Assembly: GCF_001447785.1 (NCBI RefSeq)
Contig: NW_015160843.1
Location: 954,483-1,018,482, forward strand
Reading direction: 5' to 3'
DNA from: Gekko japonicus
Taxonomy: Eukaryota
DNA length: 64,000 nucleotides
Shown here: one piece after another, positions 1-12,402 of the stretch
How positions within the stretch are numbered: the first letter of the stretch is position 1
Layout: each line of letters begins with the position of its first letter
Notes under the pieces: generated by a model
Seen by the model: the letters and a program-made list of their open reading frames with translations, nothing else
What the model was told of the DNA's origin: nothing
Databases searched by the model: none
Translations under genes and position numbers: made by a program

Positions 1-1092
1 AGTTTGTGAGTCACTTTGGATACCCACTAGGGAGAACAAATGGATTAAAAGGCTTGAATAAATAAATCAGTGGATAACATTTTAAATTAAGATTTATATG
101 ATCAGCCCTGTTCTAAACTTTAGTTTGATGAAACAGACTGGAGCTTTAAAGTCCCTTTCATTACAATGCATATACTTACTCTCATCAAAATGAATGGGAC
201 TTAAAAGTGCTTGGCTTTGGTTGAATGGTGTTTTATGCTTCTTGTTTTACAACCTTCAATGAAGCCACTCTGTGGCTCTCAACCCTGCCATTTTTCACAT
301 TCTTTTTAGTTACCTTACAAAGAAAAATTAGTTGAATTGCTTCATGTGATCCTTATAAAAGTGTTCCCTCCCCCAGAGCAACATATTGCAAAGACCAAGC
401 AGAACAGTTTGCCGATCTATTTTTTGTGTGCCCCAAATTCCAGAGGTGTTGAAGATAAAAGTCTGCATTCACTTTTGCTTTAGAAGTTTCTCCCTGCAGG
501 GCTATTACTGCTTATTCTTTTACTTGTTCATCTTCTTCCTTTTGTACCCTTTCTCAGTCTTGATAGTCTTGAATTGGAGCACAGAACATACAGAAAAGGT
601 CACATTCCTTAGCTAAAAATAGGGTTTCTATAACTCTTCGGAGCATTTCTGGGTCATAAATAGTGCTTCTGTCCCCCCTTCTCACTCATATTCAGAGCAT
701 CCATTACCTTAAAACTGAAGCACTATTTGTCTCACAGAAACCTTCCGTCTTAGGGGATGTGAACTATGTCTGCAAGACAAGGGTATCTGGGATGTAAGAT
801 GACATAACTATATAGATAACAGACCATGTCCTAAATAAGAAAGGATATAGATTAGTGCTGCACATTTATGATAACACTGTCATTCGTCAGCTGAGCTGTA
901 GCAAGCGGTTCCATCTGCCCTTGTCCCAGAACCCCATTTCTTCCCACTGTAACTGGCTTATTCATAGAAATACCTACAACAGATGAGATACAAAAAACAG
1001 AAAGCAGGAGGTAAAACATCTTCTTGGATCTAAGCTGAATACTTAAGAGATATCTGAACAACCATTAAGAGCTGGTTCTTCATTTGGATATT

Positions 1093-1489
1093 CAGGGCTA
1101 TTTTTTGGGCAAGAACGCACAGGGACGGCGTTCCGGCTGGCTCCCAAGTTGGCCACGCCCAGCAGGAACTCATTAGCATAATAGACCACACCCAACAGCA
1201 GAAACTCATTTGGACTGGCTACATTAGGGGTGTGTGGCCTAACATGCAAAGGAGTGCCTGCTCCAAAAAAAGCCCTGGGTTTTGACAACAAACAAGGTAA
1301 ACAGAATAAGAATCAAAAGGTGGGTGTGGCTGGATGACCACATGTCTGATAACATGGGGGTGTGGCCTAATATGCTAATAAACTGTGCTGTCAGGGATGT
1401 GGCCTAATATGCTACTGAGTTTCTGCTGTGGGGTATGGCCTATTATGCTAATGAGTTCCTGCTGGGCTTTTTCTACAAAAAAAGCCCTG
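1093..1489. mobile_element. Non-autonomous hAT-type MITE (CAGGGCT-T-rich TIR family)
   Basis: Ends cagggctatttttt / aaaaaaagccctg. 8-bp TSD tggatatt (1085-1092) / gggatatt (1490-1497). Internal repeats gtgtggcctaatatgc. An extra internal terminal motif aaaaaaagccctg at ~1265-1277 suggests a composite. Confidence 0.8.
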
Positions 1490-1750
1490 GGGATATTCTA
1501 CCCATACAGAGGAAATGGGAATACATGGACATCTCTCTCCACATAATGTAACAGTGTGACATAGGTGGTATGAACATAATTTGCACACACAAGGTTGACT
1601 CATCTTTACTCTTTTTTGAATGTCAAGATAAAGAACCTTTGCTCAGGTTTTGGCTGCTTCTACACTGTCAAGTAATTAACATGTCTAAAAATATGTTGTG
1701 GGGAAGTGAATTGTTGGTGACAACTTTTGAACTTGCCACCTGTATGTCCT

Positions 1751-1950
1751 GGAGGGAAGGCAGCATTGTACAGCCCAATTTCATCAGATCTTGGAAGCTT
1801 AGCAAGTCCAGTCCTGGTTAGTACTTGGATGGGAGACCTCCAAAAGAGATTGCAGAAGAAGGCAGTGGCAAATTTCTTCTGCTTCTCACTGGCCTTGAAA
1901 GCCCCTGGCTGGGGTCACCATAAATCAACTGCAACTTGATGGCACTTTAC
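1751..1950 (+). mobile_element. 5S rRNA-derived SINE (SINE3) with RTE-type tail
   Basis: gcccaatttcatcagatcttggaagcttagcaag...ctggttagtacttggatgggagacc matches the 5S rRNA A/C box region. The tail ccttgaaagcccc...ggggtcaccataaatc...acttgatggcac resembles RTE 3' ends. Confidence 0.85.
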
Positions 1951-2114
1951 ACCCTACCCCATGCCCCTTTTGCTGTGACATAAAGTTATGAGGTAAGCAT
2001 CTTCTACTCCCATAATATAGGTGGATGACAATAGATTGCATACAGAACCTTCAAAGGAGTTGAGTCTATGAGATGATCATAAAACACAGCAGTGCACTTT
2101 CTGACATCCTTGCA

Positions 2115-3190
2115 GGCTGTGGTCACACGGCAAGCTAATTGTGATATGTTCCCACTATAGATTTGGTCAGAAATATTTTTTGGGGGGTTGGGATGACCAC
2201 ACATCCCTCCCCAAACTGCAAGCATTGCGTGACGAACTGTCTAGATAGTGGCATGAGGTTTTTTTAACTGCTTTGCGCATGCACATATGCAAAGGGGCAC
2301 ACAAGACAGTTAATGAGCAATGAATGATCACATTACAAACCAGGAAAGCAACAAATGCAGATTTCCATCCTCAATACACTGGGAGCGGGGTCATTTCCCT
2401 CCATGGTATCCCACAGCACTTGATGATATTGGGAACACATTTTAAAAGCTCTGAAGCACATATCCTATTGCGGGACACACCATCCAGCTTGATGGACTTT
2501 AATTACTCTTTGCTGCAGTCTTCTAGCTAGGGGCTCCCTCCCACCACAGCTATATATGCGCTTGAACGTTTGAATTTGTTCAGCGCAGGATTGCTCATGC
2601 GCTTAAAGGAGGAAGCTGTAAAAAACACCTCATTGTGAAGGAAGGTCAGACGAAGCTTGGGGGAAAAAACCCTCTCCACCGCCTGCTCGCCCCCCCTGGC
2701 AACTTTCCATGCCGCCTCCTGCTGCCTGACCAGCCCTAGCAATGCTGCTGGCAAGCTGGGCGCACTCTGCTCCCCAGCGCCAGGGGCTCCCTCCCTCCTT
2801 CCTTCCTAACGCCACAGCTTCGGGGACTCCTTGGGCAGGTTCCACCACCCGCGCGCCCACAAGCCTGCCCGGCACTTCCTTCCCCGCCCACCCACCTCCC
2901 CCCCAGCAACTTTCCACACCACCTCATTGTGCGAAGAATGGTCAGACAGCCCTAATCACGATCATTGCGAGGAGATGGCTGTCCAGATGGGCGAAATCAC
3001 GGATTCAAAGTGCAAATACCCGGAAAGTACTTGATTTTCCTGGTGTCACAAAACTTGCTAGGGAACCGGGAGGATCGCCTGACTGAGCCCACTTTGGTGC
3101 GGAAGGCGGATTTGGCTGTCTGATCAGCAAATTTAAATGCGAGAGGGAACAGCAGTGAATCCCAATCAAAACAACTGTGTGACCACACCC
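2115..3190. mobile_element. Non-autonomous PIF/Harbinger-like DNA transposon
   Basis: TIR ggctgtggtcacac / gtgtgaccacaccc (13/14 match). CpG-rich interior with no coherent ORF. TSD degenerate. Confidence 0.6.
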
Positions 3191-3966
3191 TTAGCTGGCT
3201 GATATTTCATTAAATCAGTCCCATTCAGGAAACAAAGACAAATCATGGTTCCAGTTTAAGGAATGGATGCCTTTTTTTGTGAACTGGAAAGTGTATGTGT
3301 GAGCATGCATGTGCATGTTTTCCTTCATTGCCATAGAAGGAGCATTCACTCTGCAGATGGCTTGCCATATGCTAAACTCCCCTTGCGCTATCACCTTGTA
3401 AGCAGATTCTGTCAGGTTTAAAGAGGAAAAGCTTAATTAAGGAGTTGTGTGTTTACAATGATGTACTTAATTATCTTCGTTTTTTACTTCTTTGCTGTTT
3501 CTTGTTTTCTAAACTTCTATAACAATTAGAGGCAACTATTCCCTCAAGCTGTATTCTTGGGCTGTGGTTGTGAATTTCAGGGGCTGGCAGACTTGCAAGT
3601 TCTCAAACAGATTTTCCAAAGAGCTTTGGGACTGATTTTTCAAATGCTGAGCCCCTCTTCAGGTAAGAAATTTAGTGTCATCTGGAAAATGCCAGGGGCT
3701 GAGATTTTTCTGAAAACCTGGCCTCCTAGATAGGTAGTGAGTTCTACAGGAAAAATTAGAAGTCAAGACCATTTCTTTCCTTTTGCACCCAAAATTGTAA
3801 ATTGAAAAGGAAGCTTTGCATTCCTCTTCCCTCAAGTGGTGGTAAATCTGAAGTTTTATAGTTCACCATATGGTGGCTTTGTAGTAATATTAGTTTACAA
3901 ATGAACAGGCTGACCAGGTATTATACAAGTGCAGCAGCATTTAGCAGAGCATGCCAATATAGTATG

Positions 3967-4382
3967 GGCTTGGATCCAGTGCAAGGATTGCAAATCTTTT
4001 CCTTGTTCCATTCTGTCCCTAGGAACATTAATTCCAAGAGTCACTGGACTCATGCAGCTTGAGGGGCTTTACTGAGGAAATGGAAGGAGGGGAAATTGCT
4101 CCTCCTAAATCCTCTATTATCAGAGCTGCATTGATGAAAGAGAGAAGAGGGGTATTTTGGTCCTTGCCTTCTTCTCAGGGCATCCCCACAGCCTGCATAT
4201 CTCTTAGTTGCTGTGGGTCCTGCCCCCCTGGGAATTCACTTTCCTGGAGTGTTACTGCGGGTCCTGCTGCCCCCCTGGGAATTCACTTTCCTGGAGGTGG
4301 AAGGAACTGCAGGGAGAAGGGGAAGAAGGGGGAGATCTTCATATGTCAGCGCCTTCTGCTCAAAAATCATTGGATCCAACCC
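3967..4382. mobile_element. Harbinger-like MITE (GGGTTGGATCCA TIR)
   Basis: ggcttggatcca / tggatccaaccc with 3-bp TSD atg/atg. Contains a short internal tandem duplication (gggtcctgc...gggaattcactttcctggag x2, ~4215-4296). Confidence 0.65.
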
Positions 4383-5184
4383 ATGATCACCAGTTCAACT
4401 CTCCACTCTCAAGTCCAAGTAGTTCTCACAGCACAGGAATATAAACTCCTCTTTTCTCAACTCTCTTAGGGCTTTTACACTCATCCTTAGTGTCCATACA
4501 AAAGCTAGCTTCTTTCTCCACATACGAGCCTTTTGCAGTGGCTGTTCTCCTGTCTTCTCCCTGGAAGGGAAAGCTTTGCTCAAAACACCTCAAATAGGTC
4601 TGGAAGCAAATAGTTGGTACCAATGCATATTTTGGATTCTTTCTTGTCCTTTCCTTGACAGAAACACCCTTGACATGCAATGTGTTTGGCTAAATAGGAA
4701 TGGAAGTATTTTGGGTCATCAAATGGATGATAAATATTACTCAAGGATTAAGCCTTATCTAGACTGGATTATTCCCAGTGCAGCCCATTCTGTTTGACAG
4801 TGACTGCCTAGCTTTCAGGCTGGAGCTTCTTCCAGCCATACCTTGGACTGAGCTTGAAATTTACATGCAAAGCAGGTGTTTAACATCATGCTTTTAGCCC
4901 CAGTGTTTGCATCATTTCTCAGGAATGGGAATAAAATTTTAAGAGCCATCTGGTATATGAAAGAAGTAACATGCAAATCTGTCTTCAAAGGTATGAATAC
5001 TCATCAGCAACAATCAAGGAAAATGCTTACCTGATACAAATCTGGTTTTAAATGCAAAGCGTATATTGTTCTAACTGACTCTGAATGAGTTCACACAGAT
5101 GAATGGCTCCCAAACTGTTTTATACTACCACAAAAAGAAAGTTTGTACACCTTTTTTGGCCCTTGCTAAATTTTCCAAATTTGT

Positions 5185-5377
5185 AGGGAAGGTGCTGTGG
5201 CTCACTGGGAAAGCAACTGCTTTGCAGACAGAAAGACTCAGGTTCAATTCCTGGCATCATTAAAGGATTCCAGATAGCAGACATTTCTCTTCCTGAGACT
5301 CTTGTTACCTGATGCCAATCAGAGTAGACAACAGTGAGGTAGGTGGACCAATGCTTTGACAGCAGCCTCCTGTGTTT
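5185..5377 (+). mobile_element. tRNA-derived SINE with CR1-like tail (Squam2-like), decayed
   Basis: A-box tgtggctcactggg and B-box ggttcaattcc. Body gagtagacaac...ggaccaatg. Related antisense fragments near 4750-4900, 39085-39176 and 62790-62860. Confidence 0.6.
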
Positions 5378-6721
5378 GAGTTGTAGCTTCAGCTCATCAA
5401 TAACTAGCCTGAACATCCTCAACTTGTATGACTCTTTATACTCAATAACTCTCACTTAACCATCCCCCTCCACTGTCATTCCTGCACCATGCTCTTTATT
5501 GCAGTTTCTTGCATTGTACTGGATCTTGAAACCAGAAGTAGGAAAAATAATGAAGTTACTTTGTAATGGTACTTTATTTGTGTAGAAAGCTGAAGTGCTG
5601 TGAAGACTTGGAACTGAATGTTAAGGTTAGTGGCACTTTTCATAACTTTGCATGTCTTAGAATTCTGCGGTGCTTGTGAACATCTGAGAACTTTCCCAAT
5701 GCTGCTGCTGAGTCTGGAAGCATGTATGGATTTAAATATACTGATATATTTACTACATGCAGTTAGATTTTATTTACTTGGTCAAGAGATCTTGTTTTAG
5801 TCCAAAGGTCGTGTTTTTCTCTGGAATCAGTAGATCTCACTAACAGGCAAACCTTTGGCATATTGATTTTCAGATTTCACTAGATGACCCCCATCAGCCA
5901 TAGTAAAGCCAAGAATGCTGTTGGTAGCAAGCCATTGGAGCTGGCCAAAGGCACTTTGCCACCTGGACTGCTGTGCTGCCCAGTCCCAGAGATGTGTTCT
6001 AAGGCTGTTAGCTATGTTACGGAAGATACAGGGATGCAATTCCTAGATTGATACAGTTTCTTGATCCCAGAATATTTGGGGGGTATGGAAAAAAGTAATG
6101 CTAATGGTATCTCTCAGCCTGCAAAGTAAATGACGCCCCTCCCTGTCTCCTCCTACAAATTTATCCTGCAGCATAAAACCACTGGCCAACTTAAACTGTC
6201 TCCTCCCCCAGTTCACAATGCTTTCTGTAGGTCATTAAGTCACCATTTTCTAACAGACGGTGTTAGATTACTAATCCAGCAGGGATTTCTAAAATTAACT
6301 ACTGGCCATATTCTTCCCTATCTAAAATGTCCACAAACTCATAACAGTTTTAGCTAATGTTGTGCTAAGTTGCTGTAAAACCTGCAGGCTTTTTGGTTTT
6401 CTCTCTCTTGGAACTGATCCAAGTTTTCTCAGCTTAAATATAGGGTGTGTGTAAGGGAGTGAAAGTATTCCTTCATTGCCATGGGAACTTATGGTGTTTC
6501 TGTGATAGCGCAACCCCCTCCCCAACCCTCACCAAAAAGTGTTTCAGTTATTTGAGCATCAGAAACTCATTTTGAGCTCAGCTGGCTGAAAGAAACAAGA
6601 AGAGAAATGTCAGTTTTTAGAAGCCAGCAACATGGTGGGAAGGAGAGGAGGAAATGTATTTTCATCAGAGAGGCTTTCCCCCCTCCTTGCTCTCTTTTCC
6701 CCACCCTGGGTTTTAAAGGAA

Positions 6722-6725
<4 letters not shown>

Positions 6726-6757
<32 letters not shown>
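6726..6757 (+). repeat. (GT)n microsatellite
   Basis: Direct reading. Confidence 0.95.
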
Positions 6758-6759
<2 letters not shown>

Positions 6760-8944
6760 CTTCCTTAAAGAAGAAGCACCACAAAAATCCTCAAAGAAAG
6801 TAAGAGTCTATTACTGTTCAAAGTCCAACTGGAATCCTTTTAATGTTTATTATGTTATATTGCCCAAACCAGAAAAATCTGCCATATATTTCAGGAAATG
6901 TAATCAAGTCATTAACAGGCTGTCTACAGACAAAGCCTCTCCCTTTTCTGCTGTCATTCAAATTGATTCGTAAGACTGCTGTAACAAAAGACTAGGAATG
7001 TGCTGTATTTGATACTGTGTTACTAAGAGAACGGGCTTAATCATTTGTCCCTTTCTCACAAGCAAACTCATATGTAAGCTATTCAGTATGACAATCAATG
7101 TACTAACTGCAAAATCCATTAACCCTTATGTACCTTTAAGTTATTGTTCAGTGCAAGGCTCATCAGCCATGTGCTAAGTGGATGGATAAACTACTCTCTG
7201 TCCAATCCAGAATTCACCTGCTTTTACCAAATTAATTCCCAAAGCAAGGCATCTGTTGGCTGAAAGAATAACTTTCTGCATAGCTTCAGCTAAAATTTGA
7301 AACCAGCTCTGTTCAAGGCAGCAAAGAGTCTTGTTTGAGACTCCTATCCTTTGGAAGGAATGGGACTAGAACTCTGATAACAGTTTGATATACATTAGGG
7401 TCTGTCTTGGATTATGTGTCATAGAAGCTCTAAGGGCTAAAGATCTTCTAAGGGCCAGATAACTTAAAGATTTATGTGTGTATTCCAGGCCTGCACCACC
7501 TAAAGCTTGCATTTGATTGCAGCTTCTCCTTATCCTATTCTCCCAGGTTATAATTACAAATATCTATTGTTTGAGGCCTTTCCAATATCTTCATAGGAAT
7601 ATTAGAGGCCTGACCAAACACAAAGATACGTATGTTACCATTCATTTTCAATAACTTAGTTTCCTGAATCCCAATGAACAAAGAGTTTAGTTTAAAACTT
7701 CTGGAGGTATTACATAAATGTACTGAAGCAGAGAAATCATCTTTTAAAATATTAAAACTTTTTTTTAAAGTAGCCCTGTGGTACAGATATTAAACAAATT
7801 ATTCTTGCACAGCTTATCTTTAGCTTCAATAATGGTGGTTGTTTTACATTAATTTCTTACAGCTGCCTGCCATTACCAGGCAGGACACATCTAATTATTT
7901 TGTGCTGCTATATTAATATTGATGGCTTCAGTCTTCACTTTACCTTGGAGCAAATGCAAAACTCCAGGAAGCAGTCATAGGTGGTGGTGGTGGGAAGTGC
8001 CATTAACTTGCAGCTGACTTATGGGGACCCTGTATATAACATTAAATGGGTCAAAGAGAAATCTGGCGGTGAAACTGCTTGTACCTACTATTGGCACATT
8101 CACTTAGTGGCTTTTATATGTTTACAGTGGCAGTGCAGTTACACCCTTCTAAGCTCATTCACTGGAGTGGGCTTAGAAGGATTCTTAGGATTGCACTGTG
8201 GATCAGACAAATAGATGATTTGTATGTGGAAGATTATGGAAGACAACAACAGCAAACAGACCACAATCTATAACAATAGATGGGTGTCTACCTTTCCAGA
8301 GATCCTACACATACAGGTGCATATTTCTGAAGAAAAGTTGTGAAACCAGGCAGTGCAGCTGCTAAAACCGTAGACAACAGTGTTCAGTGGCATGTGGAGA
8401 TTGCTATCATTTCAGCTGTTCTGATTTTCCATCCGTTCCTCATGCTGATGACATAGAATATTAATTTTAGTTTTACTGAAAGAACAGTTTCCATCATAAT
8501 GTTTTGCATGGCCTACTGACAAAGTATGAACCATACCGTACCATTCTGAAGGTATGTTTTTTGGGGAAAACCACATACTCTCAAATTTCCTTAATGAAAA
8601 ATCTTTAGGAACATAGTTATTTTCAAATATACACAGATTTTTTATGACAAAGGCCATAAATAACAATTACACTTTAAACAGGCTTATTATTCCTAGCATC
8701 TCTGAGCACATTTTTGTTACATTTATGGCAGTTATTAGCCAAATTATATATTCTTTGTGTCACTAGAAAGCTATTATTACTGAAAGTGAAAAGTAACAAA
8801 TGTGTTATGTTAGTGCATGTGATAGTTCTTGATGTATTTGTCAAAGTTCACATTAAAGAGGTAGCCATCTTTATGTCAACATTTTGGAAACGTTAGGCTG
8901 AATAATTTTTTTCTAGATCTTTTTATAGGCTGAATAGCTTTATA

Positions 8945-9498
8945 GGTGGTCCCTCAGCCTACCTGAGGGACCGCCTTTCCCCATATGTTCCCCCAAGAGC
9001 ACTACGGTCGGGGGCCCAAAATTTGTTAACTATCCTGGGCCCCAAGGACATCAAATTAACTGCTACTAGGGCCAGGGCTTTTTCGGTGGCGGCTCCTACC
9101 TGGGGGAATGAGCTCCCAGGGGAGATCTGGGCCCTGCGGGACCTTATGCAGTTCCGCAGGGCCTGTAAGACGGAGCTCTTCTGCCAGGCCTTTGAGTAGG
9201 AGCCGCCGCCCCTACTATACCACCACCGCCATGAGGAAACATCTGAATATTGAAGAAGCCCTAAGCCGTGGGAAGTACTACTCAGAACTTCGGACCTATG
9301 ATCTGCCATCTTTGGACTGATGGAAGTATTGAGCACCATGTTTTAATTGAGGATATTTTAAGATGTATTATATGTTTTATATTATTATGCATATGATGTT
9401 TTATTATGGCAATGTTCTGCCTTGCCTCTGTAAGCCGCTCTGAGTCCATCGGGGAGGGCGGGGTATAAATGTGAAAAATAAATAAATAAATAAATAAA
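8945..9498 (+). mobile_element. 5'-truncated L2-clade LINE (ORF2 C-terminus + 3' UTR + (AAAT)n tail)
   Basis: Encodes AYLRDRLSPYVP...RAFSVAAP.W.ELP...ELF.QAF. Tail gtaagccgctctgagtcc...gggcgggtataaat(aaat)n. Confidence 0.85.
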
Positions 9499-9761
9499 TA
9501 TATTGTATGAAACAGTTTTGGTTCTTTTTTGCAAATAATTTGAAATGAACCCATTTTTACTGGAGTAGCATCCAGAGGCTGACAGTGAAACTGGTGTAAG
9601 TTTTCCCAGCCTGTTGCATCCAACCGGCCATATTCCATGGCCCAGATGGATTTGAAACTACTTCTCTGGTATGGATTATTGGGAAACTGAAAGCTTCCTG
9701 TGCTGCTGCTGCTGAACATGGTGATGATGATGGGGATTAGAGAGAAGGTGAAAGGTGTAGA

Positions 9762-9798
9762 AGATGATGATGACGATGATGATGAAGAAGAAGAAGAA
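9762..9798 (+). repeat. (GAT)n(GAA)n microsatellite adjoining an antisense RTE-type tail (~9800-9895)
   Basis: Direct reading. The following caactgactcatgtcaaccc...gaggtggtttggcattgccttcc is the reverse complement of an RTE/SINE tail. Confidence 0.75.
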
Positions 9799-11559
9799 TG
9801 TGTTGTTGGGTGGCAACTGACTCATGTCAACCCAAGCTTGGGGTGTTCAAGGCAAAAGATGAGCAGAGGTGGTTTGGCATTGCCTTCCTCCACATACAGA
9901 AAACACAAGGAGAACTGAAACCGGGGGGGGGGGACTGAAGTAGGAAAAAGAATGGAGAAATAGGGGGGAAAGAAACAAAGAGGAAGAGAGAGGGGGATGA
10001 GACAGAGGACTGTAGCAGTGCAGAAAGACAAAGAGAAGATAGGTGAAAAATGGGGCTGCAGATACCTGTGGACAGAGAAACAGAAATAAATGCGGGTAAC
10101 CCAAATGTGGTTGCAGAGAGACCTGTGAGAGAAAAAGCAGAACAGTATGGTGTTTGGTGTGCATGAGAAAAACAATAACAGAAAAAGGGTTAAAAAGAAA
10201 ACCCACAGTTAAAACTACTTTGGCATATTGAATGTAGCAATGCAGCCCTCTTGAGTTAGAAAAAGTATAGAAGTGGCCCTCAGAATGATTTGCATTGTAA
10301 CTGGGTTTGAGTGTCTGGCTCATCTACTAGATAAACTCAAGGACTTGGGAATCTGTGGATGGAGACATGTCGGCCCCCCAGCACAGAATTAGCATCAGGC
10401 CTCTCTTTCATTCCAAGAGTTGCCTCGAACAAAGTTCTTTGTTCTCTCACTCTTTCTCTGTAACTTACTTTTTATGGATGGTAACAAAATTAAAACAATA
10501 TATCAAAATATCTCATCTAAAAAGCAGTGAGAATTCATTATATTTCACTGGGGTGTACAATGATTCTTAGAACTCCTTAACGTTGTTGCATTTCTTGCAT
10601 AAAATGAATGGAGGAGCGATCTATAAATAGCTTCCCCAATAGTTGCTCATTTACATTATTATAATGTGAGCTATAATAAAGGAATTCCAAGTACTGGTAT
10701 TTGCTGCTATGATTCCCCCACCCCACCCTGAAACGATACAAGAGGATTAATTGAGGAAACTGCTCTGGGACTGAGCTGCTGACTAAGAAAGGGCATTGCA
10801 CCAATTCACTGTTTTACATGGTAGGGGCCCCAGAATTGGACTAATGAAGGGTCTTTGAAGCTTATTTCATTCTGCTTACAGTGGCAGTGCAGTAACATCC
10901 CTCTATGCTCATTAGGTGGTTTTTTTTACAGGTGTTGTTATTATCAGTAAAATTACTCAAATCACACTAATCAACTTATGTTTCAGTCTGTTTTAAATCA
11001 GGGACAGCAGAGATATTAAGTATTTCTAAGCACCGTAATTGCACCCCTAGTGCCACGTAATGTTTCCTATAGATCTGTGTTGCTGTGATTGTTGCAGTGG
11101 ACAGTGTGTGTGGATGTGCAGCTGTTACACCAGCATACTACGTGAGGAAAGTGGAGCTGCCCTCTCAGGCTGAATCCCAGTGCACACAAGTTTTATCTCA
11201 GGACTGCTTCCATAATAGCAACAAAGTACACATTTTAATTGTAAGCTACTCAGCAGCACAGAAATCTCCTACATAAAAAAAACAAACGTGTCCTCTTTCA
11301 TTTCTTTTGCTTTTGTATGCTGTCATTATGTATCTTTAATTTCCACCCATTTTTCAGAGCTGGCGTTCTTGATTAATCTATTTCTTTTGTCACATTATAT
11401 ACCATCCTCTGCCATTTAGTTATTTAGAATGGTAGTTATCTCCACCTTTCTCCTCAGTGGGGCCCCAAAAGTGAATTTGTACAAATAGCATCCTGTACAA
11501 ATAGACTGTATCTGTTCAATCTAAATATTTACCAAACTTCAAAGCAATGGGGGTTGGAA

Positions 11560-11956
11560 CTTGGAGGGCATGCAGAGGAACAGGGAGGTCCCCTGAGACT
11601 TTAATGACTCTAGCTTGCACAGGGTCCATTCTGTACACTCCTGAACCTCCTGAACCTGTGCCTGTCATTTCCCCAGAAAGCACTTAGCTAGGGACAACTT
11701 CTTCAGGGGTTAGTAACTTGGACACCATAAATCCAATCCTCCCCAAACTTGAAGGACAAATAGAACAGAGTCAACTGGAGATCTCCTCTGAGATTAGTGT
11801 CTCTAACATGTGGGGCCTCCATTCTACCACATCACAAACCTCATGAACAGATCTGGTTCATTTGGTGGCTAAAAGTTAATGACAGTTAGTGATTTGTAAA
11901 CCGGGCATGCTACAAACCAAACCAAACGGCATTCTCCCAGTTTGTGCCCATCCCTA
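11560..11956. mobile_element. hAT-like MITE fragment (TAGGGATGGGCAC TIR family)
   Basis: Terminus gtttgtgcccatcccta. Internal modules (tctagcttgcacagg, ccaaacttg) shared with 47490-48281 and 62862 onward. Confidence 0.6.
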
Positions 11957-12402
11957 GGCAGCAGCTGGCTTGCTTTTCTAGCTGAAACAGAAGCAGATAG
12001 TTCCATGAGGACAGAAATCCATCTTCCACAAAGCTCTTATAAATGCTTCTTCATTAAGTCAGTGCAAAGCAGATTCATTTAAAAGTAAGAAATTATCTAT
12101 ATTTTGCATATACCATGAAATATTTCTGTGTGGTAAGTTGTGTGTATCATCAACATCACCATGTGCAACACCAGTAAGTATAAATGTGAACATGTCCATG
12201 CCACGCTGTGCATATTGTTGAAAGGAGTGGTAATGGTATGAAGACTTCCTTCCCCATACTTTCCATGCTATGTTAGACCTCTATAATCAGGGAGTTTATT
12301 TATGTGGAGTCAAATTGAAAAAATGTGATGCTCCCACCTGTCATCTGAAGCAGTCCAGTCCAGAAATGACTGTATCCTATGAGTTTGTTGAATATGTAGA
12401 TC

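Noticed and set aside
1773-1838. 5S rRNA gene (also at ~17900-17965)
   Set aside because: Both are diverged, lack the 5S ends and terminator, and continue into an RTE-type tail, so they are SINE heads.
3581-3662. Exon-like segment bounded by ttcag / gtaag with two open frames
   Set aside because: No recognisable protein and no partner exons. The sequence resembles old gattttcaaa..gctgag repeat relics.
9700-9918. ORF with a poly-D/E tract
   Set aside because: It is the translation of a (GAT)n(GAA)n microsatellite plus an antisense RTE tail.
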